Notes under the pieces: model-generated
Database searches by the model: none
Told to the model about the DNA's origin: nothing
Seen by the model: only the letters and a program-made list of their open reading frames with translations
In this document: piece after piece, positions 16,132-25,666 of the stretch
Layout: each line of letters starts with the position of its first letter
Position numbering within the stretch: position 1 is the stretch's first letter
Origin: Planctomycetota bacterium
GTDB taxonomy: Bacteria; Planctomycetota; Planctomycetia; Planctomycetales; Planctomycetaceae
Assembly: GCA_031429275.1 (NCBI GenBank)
Contig: JANOZG010000143.1
Location: 1 to 49,773 of the forward strand
Reading direction: 5' to 3'
DNA length: 49,773 nucleotides
Made by a program: the position numbers and the translations under genes

Positions 16132-17712
16132 ATGGCTCGCATCCAGCTTTACGACACGACACTCCGCGACGGTTCACAAGGCGAAGGCGTCAATTTTTCG
16201 CTGCAGGACAAATTGATGATCGCCCAGAAACTGGACGATCTGGGCTTTGACTACATTGAAGGCGGATATCCGCTGTCGAATCCTAAAGACGAAGAATTCT
16301 TCCAGCGCGCTGCTGAGATGACATGGAAGCACGCGAAGATCACGGCCTTCGGTATGACACGTCGCAAAGGCATTGCCGCAAAGGACGATATCGGAATGCA
16401 GGCGCTGGTGAACAGCAAAGCGCCGGTGATCACCATCGTGGGCAAGACATGGGATCTGCACGTGACGGAGGTTCTTCGCGTTTCACTCGAAGAGAATCTG
16501 GCGATGATCAGCGATTCAATCGCGTTCGCGAAGTCGGAAGGTCGTGAAGTGATTTATGACGCCGAGCACTGTTTCGACGGTTGGCGTGCGAACCCGGAGT
16601 ACGCAGTACTCACATGGAAAGCTGCTGCCGACGCGGGTGCAGACATGATCTGCATGTGCGATACCAACGGCGGAAATCTTCCGGAACAAATCGTCGAAGC
16701 CGTGACGGCTCTGCAAAACGCCGTGAAGTGCCGTGTTGGCATTCACTGTCACAATGATTGTGAATTGGCTGTCGCGAATTCCCTCGCCGCTGTCAAAGTT
16801 GGAGCTGTTCAGGTTCAGGGAACAATCAACGGTATCGGCGAACGCTGTGGAAACGTCGATCTGGTTTCGGTTGCCGCGAATCTGTCGCTTAAGCTGGGCT
16901 ATGATGTGCTGGCACCGGGAAAGATTCAGCGTCTGACGGAACTGTCACGTTATGTCTACGAACTGGCAAATATGAATTTTCGTTCGGGCCAGGCTTTCGT
17001 TGGTACAAGTGCTTTCGCACACAAAGGCGGTATGCACGTTCACGCAGTCAATCGCATCGCACGCAGTTACGAACACATCACGCCAGATGCCGTCGGCAAC
17101 GAACGTCGCATTCTGGTGAGCGAACTTTCCGGCCGCTCGAATATCGTGGCCAAGACGACGAAGTTCAATATCAGCGAAAACAATGAACTCATGCAAAAGA
17201 TCCTGATCGCGGTGCAGGATCTGGAGAATGAGGGTTACCAATACGAAGCCGCCGAAGCGTCGTTCGATCTGCTCGTCATGAAACAGGCGGGGACTTACAC
17301 ACCAGCCTTTCAGCTGGAACATTACCGAGTGAACGTCGAAAACCAGGCACGCGAACCGATGACTGAGGCGGTGATCAAGCTGACAACCGGTTCGACATGC
17401 CAGCACGTGGTTGGCGAAGGCGACGGCCCTGTAAATGCTCTCGACAGCGCGCTGCGAAAGGCTTTGACAGCAGCGTATCCCCGTCTGTCAGAGATGACGC
17501 TTGTTGACTATAAAGTCCGCGTAATCAACAGCACCGAAGGTACGGCCGCCCGAGTCCGGGTAGTGATCGAAAGCCGCGACAAAGACGGCATGTGGAGCAC
17601 CGTTGGCGTCAGTGAAAACATCATCGAAGCCAGCTGGATCGCATTGGTAGATGCAATTGAATTCAAGATCCACAAGGATCGCGGAACGGTAAAAGCTGAC
17701 AAGGCTGGCTGA
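16132..17712 (+). CDS. cimA: (R)-citramalate synthase (IPMS/HMGL-like family, CimA type)
   Basis: 526 aa. Motifs include MARIQLYDTTLRDGSQGEGVNFS, GKTWDLHVTEVLRVSLEENL, HCHNDCELAVANSLAAV, VQGTINGIGERCGN and AFAHKGGMHVHAV. A C-terminal LeuA-dimer-type regulatory domain is present. The sequence is colinear with Geobacter-type CimA as I recall it. Confidence 0.85.
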   Translation: MARIQLYDTTLRDGSQGEGVNFSLQDKLMIAQKLDDLGFDYIEGGYPLSNPKDEEFFQRAAEMTWKHAKITAFGMTRRKGIAAKDDIGMQALVNSKAPVITIVGKTWDLHVTEVLRVSLEENLAMISDSIAFAKSEGREVIYDAEHCFDGWRANPEYAVLTWKAAADAGADMICMCDTNGGNLPEQIVEAVTALQNAVKCRVGIHCHNDCELAVANSLAAVKVGAVQVQGTINGIGERCGNVDLVSVAANLSLKLGYDVLAPGKIQRLTELSRYVYELANMNFRSGQAFVGTSAFAHKGGMHVHAVNRIARSYEHITPDAVGNERRILVSELSGRSNIVAKTTKFNISENNELMQKILIAVQDLENEGYQYEAAEASFDLLVMKQAGTYTPAFQLEHYRVNVENQAREPMTEAVIKLTTGSTCQHVVGEGDGPVNALDSALRKALTAAYPRLSEMTLVDYKVRVINSTEGTAARVRVVIESRDKDGMWSTVGVSENIIEASWIALVDAIEFKIHKDRGTVKADKAG

Positions 17713-17800
17713 ATTGCTGCCGTGCGGTTTTCATAAATCCCATTCTTCCATTGCTCTCATGGGAGTTATGCGAGGAACAGGACTCATTACGCCGACCAGA

Positions 17801-18268
17801 CTATTCTTCGTCCTTCGCCCAAAGATGATCTGCCAGCGCATTTGGGGCCGAGACAATTTCACCGGCCGCAAAGTACGTTGAAATTTCTCGAGCCGCTGCT
17901 TCGGGACCGTCGCTGCCATGAATAAGATTCATCTGGCGGCTGGCTCCGAGATCACCGCGAATGGTGCCCGGTGCGGATTCTCGTGAATTTGTTTTACCCA
18001 TCAGCGTTCGCATCACTGTGATCGCTTCGGGCCCCTCGACGACCATCGCCACAACTGGGCCGGATGTGATGAAGGCTTCCAGGTCTTTGTAGAATCCCTT
18101 TGAGACATGTTCGGCGTAGTGCTTCTTGCTTAGCTCCGGCGTCACCTGCAGCATCTTCATGCCAATGATACTCAGGCCCTTGTCTTCAATTCTCGAAACA
18201 ATGCGTCCGATCAGTCGTCGCTGCACACCGTCTGGTTTGACAAGAATCAATGTTCGTTCGAGGGCCAT
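17801..18268 (-). CDS. ndk: Nucleoside-diphosphate kinase
   Basis: 155 aa. Motifs include ERTLILVKPDGVQRRLIG and NLIHGSD (catalytic His). Confidence 0.95.
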   Translation of the reverse strand: MALERTLILVKPDGVQRRLIGRIVSRIEDKGLSIIGMKMLQVTPELSKKHYAEHVSKGFYKDLEAFITSGPVVAMVVEGPEAITVMRTLMGKTNSRESAPGTIRGDLGASRQMNLIHGSDGPEAAAREISTYFAAGEIVSAPNALADHLWAKDEE

Positions 18269-18409
18269 CTGTGGAAGACCTTTTCAGGTAGTTGAAACTA
18301 AAGAAGTATGTCTAATGTTTATTGAAAAATCACCAATGAATCGCAATTGAATCGCGAGGTTTGCCACTGGCTGCGAGTCGTTGGTCATTGGCAATTCGTC
18401 ATTGGGATT

Positions 18410-19540
18410 TCACGACGTCATCATTTGCAGAAATTCGCTGAACAAATAGTGGCTGTCATGAGGACCGGCGGCAGCTTCTGGATGATATTGAACTCCAAAC
18501 GCCGGAAACTTCGTGTGCCGAATGCCTTCGACTGTCTGGTCATTCAGATTGATATGAGTGACTTCAATGTCGGCCGGCAAAGTCGCTGAATCGACAGCAA
18601 AGCCGTGATTCTGTGATGTAATTTCCACTTTTCCGGTGCGACGGTCCAACACGGGCTGATTGGCACCACGATGCCCAAAACGCAGTTTGTAGGTCTTGCC
18701 ACCAAACGCCAGCCCAAGCAGCTGTAGCCCAAGGCAGATGCCGAAAATAGGCTTCTTGCCCAACAAGCCACGAATTGTTTCAATCGCGTAGGTCAGCGGT
18801 TCCGGATCTCCCGGACCATTCGACAAAAATACACCATCCGGATTGAGTGCCAGGACTTCCGCAGCCGTTGCTGTTCCGGGAACAATCGTGACTCGACAAC
18901 CGACATCGCGAAGATAACGCGACATATTCCATTTCATGCCATAGTCGATTGCCACAACATGTGGTCTGTCCGTTCGGTCAGCCCCGGAAGCGAAGTCCGC
19001 CGGACGACCAAGGTCGCTCAAAGACATGTCCCAATCGCAATTCTCCTTAGGCATTACTTCCTGAACGAGATCCCGACCGACAATTTCAGGGGCTTTTTGC
19101 AGTTTATTCAGCAACGAAGCATCATCCAGATCGACCGTCGAAAGAATGCCTTTCATGGCCCCTTGAGTTCTGATCTGACGGACCAATGCGCGAGTGTCGA
19201 TACCCTGCAGGCCAATGATGTTATTTCGCTTGAGGTATGAATCGAGAGATTCGGTTGAGCGATAGTTGCTCGGGAATTCGCATAATTCCTTGACAATAAA
19301 GCCCTTCAGGAACAAGCCTCTGCTTTCAACATCTTCAGCGTTGACTCCGTAGTTTCCGATCAGCGGATAGGTCATCGTGACGATCTGGCCTGTGTAGGAC
19401 GGGTCGGTCAGAATTTCCTGATAGCCAGTCATGCTGGTATTAAAAACAACTTCTCCGTTGACTTCTCCTGCAGCTCCAAAAGCCTGACCAGTGATGACTT
19501 TACCGTTTGCCAACGCCAGCTTAGCCGGGCGACTTGCCAT
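18410..19540 (-). CDS. carA: Carbamoyl-phosphate synthase small (glutaminase) subunit
   Basis: 376 aa. Motifs include EVVFNTSMTGYQEILTDPSYTGQIV, GICLGLQLL (catalytic Cys) and VQYHPEA. Confidence 0.95.
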   Translation of the reverse strand: MASRPAKLALANGKVITGQAFGAAGEVNGEVVFNTSMTGYQEILTDPSYTGQIVTMTYPLIGNYGVNAEDVESRGLFLKGFIVKELCEFPSNYRSTESLDSYLKRNNIIGLQGIDTRALVRQIRTQGAMKGILSTVDLDDASLLNKLQKAPEIVGRDLVQEVMPKENCDWDMSLSDLGRPADFASGADRTDRPHVVAIDYGMKWNMSRYLRDVGCRVTIVPGTATAAEVLALNPDGVFLSNGPGDPEPLTYAIETIRGLLGKKPIFGICLGLQLLGLAFGGKTYKLRFGHRGANQPVLDRRTGKVEITSQNHGFAVDSATLPADIEVTHINLNDQTVEGIRHTKFPAFGVQYHPEAAAGPHDSHYLFSEFLQMMTS

Positions 19541-19731
19541 GCCTCAATTCTCCCAGGGTCCGCGCGTAAAATCACCGCAGTTGAAAACACCGTTGAACGC
19601 GAAATCTACCAATCATCGCGTGGTGGGAGAAGTAACTGGCCAGCCAGGTGGGGAGTTTCGCGAAAATCAGATGATGCGAGGACTTGCTCAATACCGTCGT
19701 TTTTTTTGATGTATGAGACTATTCTGCACGC

Positions 19732-20490
19732 ATGACGTTCGCATTACTCCATGGAAAACGGATTCTTGTCACTGGGTCCTCAACCGGAATCGGTCGAGCG
19801 ATCCTGCTCGAATGCGCCAAGGCAGGGGCAGATGTGATCGTAAACTGTCGACGATCAGCGGATCGTGCGGAGACCGTTGCGGAGGAAGCTCAAGCGATGG
19901 GAGTGCAGGCCGATGTAATTTGTGCGGACGTGTCGGATGAAAATGATCGCCGAAAACTGGTCCGGGGCGCATTTGATTCCGGCCGAGTTGACGCGATCGT
20001 CAACAATGCAGGAGCCGACTTGCTGACGACCGAACTTCGCAATTCTGAGTTTGCTCTAAAGCTGAACGCATTGATTCAAACCGACATGACAGGCACAATC
20101 GAATTGTCTCGTGCGTTCGGCAAACGCTTTAAGGAACAAGGTCGCGGAGCGATTCTGAATATCGGCTGGGACCAGTCGGACCGCGGCATGGAAGGCGACA
20201 GTGGCGAATTGTTCGCGACCGCCAAAAATGCCATTATGGGATTCAGTCGTTCGCTGGCCGTGAGCCTGGCTCCGGACGTACGAGTAAATTGCATTGCCCC
20301 CGGCTGGATTCGCACGGCATGGGGTGAAAATGCCAGCGATTACTGGCAGCTACGAGTCATGAATGAGACGCCGCTGAAACGCTGGGGGGAGCCGCAGGAC
20401 ATTGCGAACATGGCTCGATACCTGCTGAGTGATGATGCTGCGTATATCACGGGCCAGGTGATCAATGTAAACGGAGGAGCGGTGCGATGA
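19732..20490 (+). CDS. SDR-family oxidoreductase (FabG-like)
   Basis: 252 aa. It has a TGSSTGIGRA Rossmann motif and an NNAG motif. FATAKNA is a YxxxK-like region with F in place of Y. The C-terminus is ITGQVINVNGG. Confidence 0.85.
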   Translation: MTFALLHGKRILVTGSSTGIGRAILLECAKAGADVIVNCRRSADRAETVAEEAQAMGVQADVICADVSDENDRRKLVRGAFDSGRVDAIVNNAGADLLTTELRNSEFALKLNALIQTDMTGTIELSRAFGKRFKEQGRGAILNIGWDQSDRGMEGDSGELFATAKNAIMGFSRSLAVSLAPDVRVNCIAPGWIRTAWGENASDYWQLRVMNETPLKRWGEPQDIANMARYLLSDDAAYITGQVINVNGGAVR

Positions 20491-20620
20491 GTGTTTCTCG
20501 GCACAATGTTTCAAGCAAAAATTTATTCCCTGGCAATCCGCGATGTTGTTAAGATTCCTTCCTTACGCTGTGTACTGATCGCCACGTTTATTCCGCAGGC
20601 ATTTCGAAGCGACTTAAGCC

Positions 20621-20818
20621 ATGAAAAATTCCACGCCGACAGTAAAAGAGTCCATGACGGATATTATCTCGCGGCAGCCGGACGACAGCAGCTACGACGA
20701 AATCCTGCGAGAACTCGCTTATGCTCGGATGGTTCAGAGAGGATTGGCGGATTCCGAGGCCAATCGAATTCTACCAGATTCGAAAATTCGCGAGAGGATT
20801 GAGTCGTGGTCGAAATAA
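20621..20818 (+). CDS. Putative type II antitoxin (small acidic partner of a ParE/RelE toxin)
   Basis: 65 aa. It overlaps the downstream toxin gene by 13 nt. The pattern DDSSYDEILRELAYARMVQRGLADSEANRILPDSKIRERIESW resembles small antitoxin partners of RelE/ParE toxins as I recall them. Confidence 0.6.
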   Translation: MKNSTPTVKESMTDIISRQPDDSSYDEILRELAYARMVQRGLADSEANRILPDSKIRERIESWSK

Positions 20819-21105
20819 CCTGGACCAGATGGTCTCTGGACTGTCTGGAACAAATCCACGACTACATCGCCGTCGATAATGCAAAGGCCGCACGCAAAGT
20901 TGTCAAGGGAATCTACGACAAGATTCAGATGCTCAGTCGCCAGCCTCGGATCGGTCAACGATACGACGTCATCACTGATCGCGAGGTTCGAGAGATACTC
21001 TACGGACACTATCGTATTGCGTATTTGATTCGGACTGAGGAGTCCGTTGAAATCCTCGGTATCTTCCATGGTCACATGGACATCGAACGATATTTGCGAG
21101 ATTGA
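20806..21105 (+). CDS. ParE/RelE-family type II toxin
   Basis: 99 aa with a GTG start. Motifs include LEQIHDYIAVDNAKAARKVV, PRIGQ, YRIAYLIRTEESVEILGIFHGHMD. Confidence 0.8.
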   Translation: MVEITWTRWSLDCLEQIHDYIAVDNAKAARKVVKGIYDKIQMLSRQPRIGQRYDVITDREVREILYGHYRIAYLIRTEESVEILGIFHGHMDIERYLRD

Positions 21106-21200
21106 TTACCACTGTCCGCCACTGACCAGTGTTCAGTCGTCAGTAAGCCTAGACGATAGACTGCGATTCGCTGAACACGGGTAACTGAACATTGAAAACT

Positions 21201-22850
21201 TCATTCCGCCCTCTCCAGTACTGCCTCATAGATCGCTTTCGCTCTGTGGTACTCCGCCAGTGATTCGTCTGGCAGCACACCGGTGTTGCGAGCGATCTCT
21301 TCGTCCATGCGTTTGATGAAGAATGCCGCGTCCCGGCGGCGTGGAATCAGCGGCGATCCGGGAACTTCGACGAATACGGGATTCGTGTGAGCGAAGCTAA
21401 CTTTGCCGTCGGGCAGGTCTTCGAAACATCGCAGAGCCAGCCAACCGGAACCATGGACAGTTTCGACAAGGTCAATCGGATACGTAAATGCACCCTCCGG
21501 CGATTGCTGCGGCTGAATGTCCAATGTCTGAGCCACCACACCGTTGTGAATGATTTCAATCCTGCGAATTCGATTGGGACTGATGACCGTGCCGGTGATC
21601 GCGATCGCGTTCTCCCTGGAATCCTTTAACCACGTCGTGCCCGGCAGTTCACCATTGAAACGCAGATCGACCAGCGGACCAGTTGTCACGAAGCTATGGC
21701 CAGCGTTCAGATTGGTGATCCATTTGTCATACGAAAACTCTTCGCCGGTATGCACATAGACGCGGCCGTGGCCCAGAGGAACGGGGTGTACGCCGGTACC
21801 TGTTCCCGCAGTGACTCGCATGTGAAAGCCGCAGTTCAGAAGTGAGTAATACGTCTGCATGGAAAATTCGGTCCAGCCGAGATCAGTGAAGCCTGCAGCA
21901 TCGCGTTCCACTTCCGGCCAGTCTGGCGCGTTTTCAATCGTCCATTGCGGAAAGCCAAACTTTGTGCGCCAGTTGTGATTGTTGCTGAGTTCAAACAGAT
22001 CAACATTCATGATGGGTACAATCATCATCGACCATGCCCAGGAGTGTTTGTCCAGATCCAGAATCGCTCCTTGCCGCCGCGATTCTTCAGCGACGGGAAG
22101 TGCAGGCGGCGTGGGCTGGTTGAGCGGCGTTTTGTGATTGAGAACGAAGACGGCTCCCTGAGTATGTCGCTTGCCATCGACCGAAAAAATCTCGTATTCC
22201 GTGTTGATTGGATAAATCAGATGTGTTGCATCGACAACGATCGGTTTTGCTTCCATCGCCGGTCCGGATGCAGCCGGAATCTCCTTGCTGTCGCGCACCC
22301 AATACGTCATTGGAAACGCCACATTGAGATCTTCCGCGACAACAAGATTCGGCAATTCTTCCAAGGTGCGATGGGCATGAGTATCGCCCGAAAACCAGCC
22401 GCGTTTCGGCATGTTCACAAATCGCTTCATGCGAAGCTGGAATTCAAATGGTTCTGTACCGATGTTGATTTCAGTGTTGGCAGACAGGAATTCTTTCCCG
22501 TATTCGGCGCGAATCTGGTACTTGCCCGGCAAAAGTTGCAGTGCAAATGGGCCTGCCGAAAGTGTCGTGTGCATTTCAATCGAAGCGGTCTGACCGACCT
22601 GCTTTTTGTACTCGACCGCAGACCCAGCTGAACTACTGGATTTCGCGAAGTTCCATTCGCCAGAATCCAGGTTTTGCACGTAAAGGCGACATGGCAGGCT
22701 GTCGCCGGATGCTGCATCGACAACACTGCCAGTGACTTCGGCGGCAGCAGTTACGGCATTGAGGATTGATACAGCAGAAATCGCTGCCGCGATTTGAGCG
22801 ATCGTTCTAAACAATCTGGTGGGAGAATAGTGTATCAATGTAAGTTCCAT
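21201..22850 (-). CDS. Secreted CehA/McbA-like PHP-type metallohydrolase
   Basis: 549 aa with a signal peptide. An N-terminal beta-sandwich is followed by WFSGDTHAHRT, a PHP metal motif. It is a paralog of the next gene (LLNCGFHMRV...GHGRVYV versus LLNCGYPLKL...GQGRVYV). Confidence 0.7.
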   Translation of the reverse strand: MELTLIHYSPTRLFRTIAQIAAAISAVSILNAVTAAAEVTGSVVDAASGDSLPCRLYVQNLDSGEWNFAKSSSSAGSAVEYKKQVGQTASIEMHTTLSAGPFALQLLPGKYQIRAEYGKEFLSANTEINIGTEPFEFQLRMKRFVNMPKRGWFSGDTHAHRTLEELPNLVVAEDLNVAFPMTYWVRDSKEIPAASGPAMEAKPIVVDATHLIYPINTEYEIFSVDGKRHTQGAVFVLNHKTPLNQPTPPALPVAEESRRQGAILDLDKHSWAWSMMIVPIMNVDLFELSNNHNWRTKFGFPQWTIENAPDWPEVERDAAGFTDLGWTEFSMQTYYSLLNCGFHMRVTAGTGTGVHPVPLGHGRVYVHTGEEFSYDKWITNLNAGHSFVTTGPLVDLRFNGELPGTTWLKDSRENAIAITGTVISPNRIRRIEIIHNGVVAQTLDIQPQQSPEGAFTYPIDLVETVHGSGWLALRCFEDLPDGKVSFAHTNPVFVEVPGSPLIPRRRDAAFFIKRMDEEIARNTGVLPDESLAEYHRAKAIYEAVLERAE

Positions 22851-22983
22851 ATTGAATCGAAGCTACGTGAATGTGAAAAAGGCATGACGGACAGGATCAT
22901 AATTGTGGCTTCTGGTTGTAGAATTTGTATTTTGCCATAGTTCTTTCCACTTCAGTTTCTAAGCCATCATGCTTTCGAAGCTG

Positions 22984-25599
22984 TCACCTGGCAGCAGACA
23001 GACCGTCAGATTCCAACGCCATCTCTTGCACCAAAAAGTCTCCATCATCCGTTGCCTGGCCAGCACGCAGGAGAAACTCATTCAATGATCGCACATAAGC
23101 CTCTTTTGCAGCTGGGCGTTCGGATTCGGCAATGAAACGATTTCGATTCTTCCACAACAGCCTAACAGACTCCGCACACCACAACGCACTGCCGCGAGAC
23201 GCTCGAATCGGTTTGGCATCGACGATGACATTGACCGGATTCGTGTGCAGTTGAGGAAACTGACGCACGGCAATCCAACTGCTTTGCTGAATCTGGATGT
23301 CGAATTTCAAGTCATGTGGCTTTCCATCGGCAAGTACTTTTTGTGAAGCTGCCACGCGACCATTGACAATGATTTCCACCAGCCGTTCGCCACCTTCGAC
23401 AAAACCCGTGTCGCGTGGTGCGTGAAGATTCACCGTGTCACCAACCGTGCGTTTTCCTGCGGGCGGCTGAAGAGTCCCGTATGCTACCGCTTGAGGTTGT
23501 TCGGCCGCGAAAGCGACCGTTGTTTCGACAACGATGGACGATGGTGCTGCCAGAGAAATCTCTTCCTTACCCGGCGTTATGTCGTTCACTGCAAACGATG
23601 TGGCGTGAGCGTATCCATCGGATACATAGGAACGGCCAGCGGCAATCCCTTTGCTCCAATCGACGAAGTTAACCTCCTGAACATCGCCCAGTTGCACATA
23701 GACGCGCCCCTGCCCTACACGCCGACTGCTCATACACGGGAAGTCCGTCTCGCCGCTTAACTTAAGCGGATAGCCGCAGTTCAGCAGATGATACCACGTA
23801 TTCCATTCGGGTATTCGAGCCGTATCCATCGCGCTGATGAAGTCGCAAGCGCCTTCGGATGTACTCACAAAAATCTCCATCGCTCCGCCGCCGTCCATTG
23901 CTGGAAAAGCGTAGTTCGGCAATTTATCCGCCGCTCGATCCGCGCTGCGTTCGAGTTCTGAGAGCGACAGGTTCTGATCGCGATCCGATTCAATGACAAC
24001 GAATGTCTCGGGCAGCAACTGGCCGCGAGTTTCTTCCATGCTGAGTGAGCCGTCCTTATTCGTATCCAGATTCTGGATCAATCTGGCGGCTGCCTGCTTA
24101 GCATCCACGTGCAAGGCCGAATGTGGATAACCCGTGACGCCGCCTTGCTCCTTCGCCCAACGCATGACTGGAACCGTCCACGATGGCCAGCCCTGAGTGC
24201 TTGTACCTTCCGAGCCCGGATATGTCTGGTCTTGTAGGTTGAGCAAGCAGACATGCCCTAGCGCTGCCGACCCGAAACCACTGATTTCAAGGTCGTATTT
24301 CAGCAAGGTTTTGGGTTCGCTGATGGTATCTGCCCCGGCCGAAAAGAAATTCCGCTGATGATCAAAGCACGGTCCCCAGGTCAGTACACAGCCGACGTTC
24401 AAGCCTTCACCCTTCACCTGATTAAACATGTCGGCCGGAGTCACTCCCTGTGTGGGATTGTCGTAGTGCGAGCAACCAGCGGCATGAATATGATGATCGC
24501 CGCTGTAGAAGCCGAACTGCGCTGGATCGATCCAGCGTTGAAGTTTGACCTTGAGCGTCACTTGTGTTTGCGGTTCAGGCGTGCCGGTTACCGGCGGGCT
24601 GACGCCGTTCTGCTCGCCGGTTTCGACCGTCACCTTCCGAACCTGTCGAACATACTCAGGACCGCGACTGCTTTCGAGGGTGAACTCACCGGGTGGCAGC
24701 AGAACGACATCACCGTGTTTGCGATAAATCTGTGGCTGAAAAAAGAAATCCGGCGCAAGACGTTTTGCTTGCGGAGGAAAGACGTGACCGAACTCATCCC
24801 GAAACTCCAGCCGTGCAGTCGTGGGCTGGCCGTCAGCGTCCAGGATGCTCAACTTCACCGGAACCGCAGGACGTACGCTGAACAACACCGGAACCTGACT
24901 GCGGAATTCCAAATCCTGTGTGCCGTCTCCGACATCAAATGCAATCGTCGCTTCCCTTGTGCCGGCTTCGCTGCAATGAATTAACGCCAACACATATTCC
25001 ACATTCAAACCGCTGAGTTTTGCGGTCATCGGCGATTGATCAAACATTTCGACGTCCAGAAAGCGTCGTTCGCGGTTTGTGTTTTCGTTCTTCTTGAGTT
25101 CTGTCTGAGCTTGTCGCAGCAGAATGCCTTCTGAAGCTCCGGCATAAACTGGCCCTGCCTGAGGACTGGAAATATTCAGCGTTCGAGCCAACGTTGCATC
25201 GTTAATCACTTTAACAACGATCGGTGTATAGCCTGCCTGCTGCAACACGGGATCGCCAGGGCCGCGTTTGACTTTTACTCGCAGTTCAGGATTGATCTCA
25301 ACGACAAACAAGGCGAAAGGATCGATCAGCGTTTGCAACGCAGAGCTGTCTTCGGATGCAAGAGCTTTACGAACTTCATCGTCTATCGATCGCTCAAGTG
25401 GCGCCCCGAGCGAATCGAGTGCAGTGATCAGTCGCTGAATATTGGCCGCCAGTGGCTGACCATCCGCAGCACGGCGTACCACATCATCAGCGTTGCTGAA
25501 CTGGCAGAACGTCAAAGCAAAAACAACCGCCGCGCGCGCAACGAAGAGGAGAACGAATTCACTTTGCAGGAATCGACAACAGAACGTGAACATAAACAT
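22984..25599 (-). CDS. Secreted CehA/McbA-like PHP-type metallohydrolase with an inserted EF-hand pair
   Basis: 871 aa with a signal peptide. The PHP motif is FYSGDHHIHAAGCSHY. EF-hand loops are DTNKDGSLSMEE and DRDQNLSLSELE (residues 512-550). Confidence 0.7.
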   Translation of the reverse strand: MFMFTFCCRFLQSEFVLLFVARAAVVFALTFCQFSNADDVVRRAADGQPLAANIQRLITALDSLGAPLERSIDDEVRKALASEDSSALQTLIDPFALFVVEINPELRVKVKRGPGDPVLQQAGYTPIVVKVINDATLARTLNISSPQAGPVYAGASEGILLRQAQTELKKNENTNRERRFLDVEMFDQSPMTAKLSGLNVEYVLALIHCSEAGTREATIAFDVGDGTQDLEFRSQVPVLFSVRPAVPVKLSILDADGQPTTARLEFRDEFGHVFPPQAKRLAPDFFFQPQIYRKHGDVVLLPPGEFTLESSRGPEYVRQVRKVTVETGEQNGVSPPVTGTPEPQTQVTLKVKLQRWIDPAQFGFYSGDHHIHAAGCSHYDNPTQGVTPADMFNQVKGEGLNVGCVLTWGPCFDHQRNFFSAGADTISEPKTLLKYDLEISGFGSAALGHVCLLNLQDQTYPGSEGTSTQGWPSWTVPVMRWAKEQGGVTGYPHSALHVDAKQAAARLIQNLDTNKDGSLSMEETRGQLLPETFVVIESDRDQNLSLSELERSADRAADKLPNYAFPAMDGGGAMEIFVSTSEGACDFISAMDTARIPEWNTWYHLLNCGYPLKLSGETDFPCMSSRRVGQGRVYVQLGDVQEVNFVDWSKGIAAGRSYVSDGYAHATSFAVNDITPGKEEISLAAPSSIVVETTVAFAAEQPQAVAYGTLQPPAGKRTVGDTVNLHAPRDTGFVEGGERLVEIIVNGRVAASQKVLADGKPHDLKFDIQIQQSSWIAVRQFPQLHTNPVNVIVDAKPIRASRGSALWCAESVRLLWKNRNRFIAESERPAAKEAYVRSLNEFLLRAGQATDDGDFLVQEMALESDGLSAAR

Positions 25600-25666
25600 C
25601 GACTCCGAGTTTGCTCATAAGACCAAAGTCCAACCTGCTGCGGCCGTGTTCGCTTGCATCCATCGA

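Noticed and set aside
19541-19731. Possible PyrR- or arginine-type attenuator upstream of carA (a T8 run at 19701-19708, short palindromes TTTCGCGAAA and CTGGCCAG)
   Set aside because: The T-run is on the wrong strand for carA and is not preceded by a stable stem. No leader ORF or PyrR-box-like sequence could be supported.
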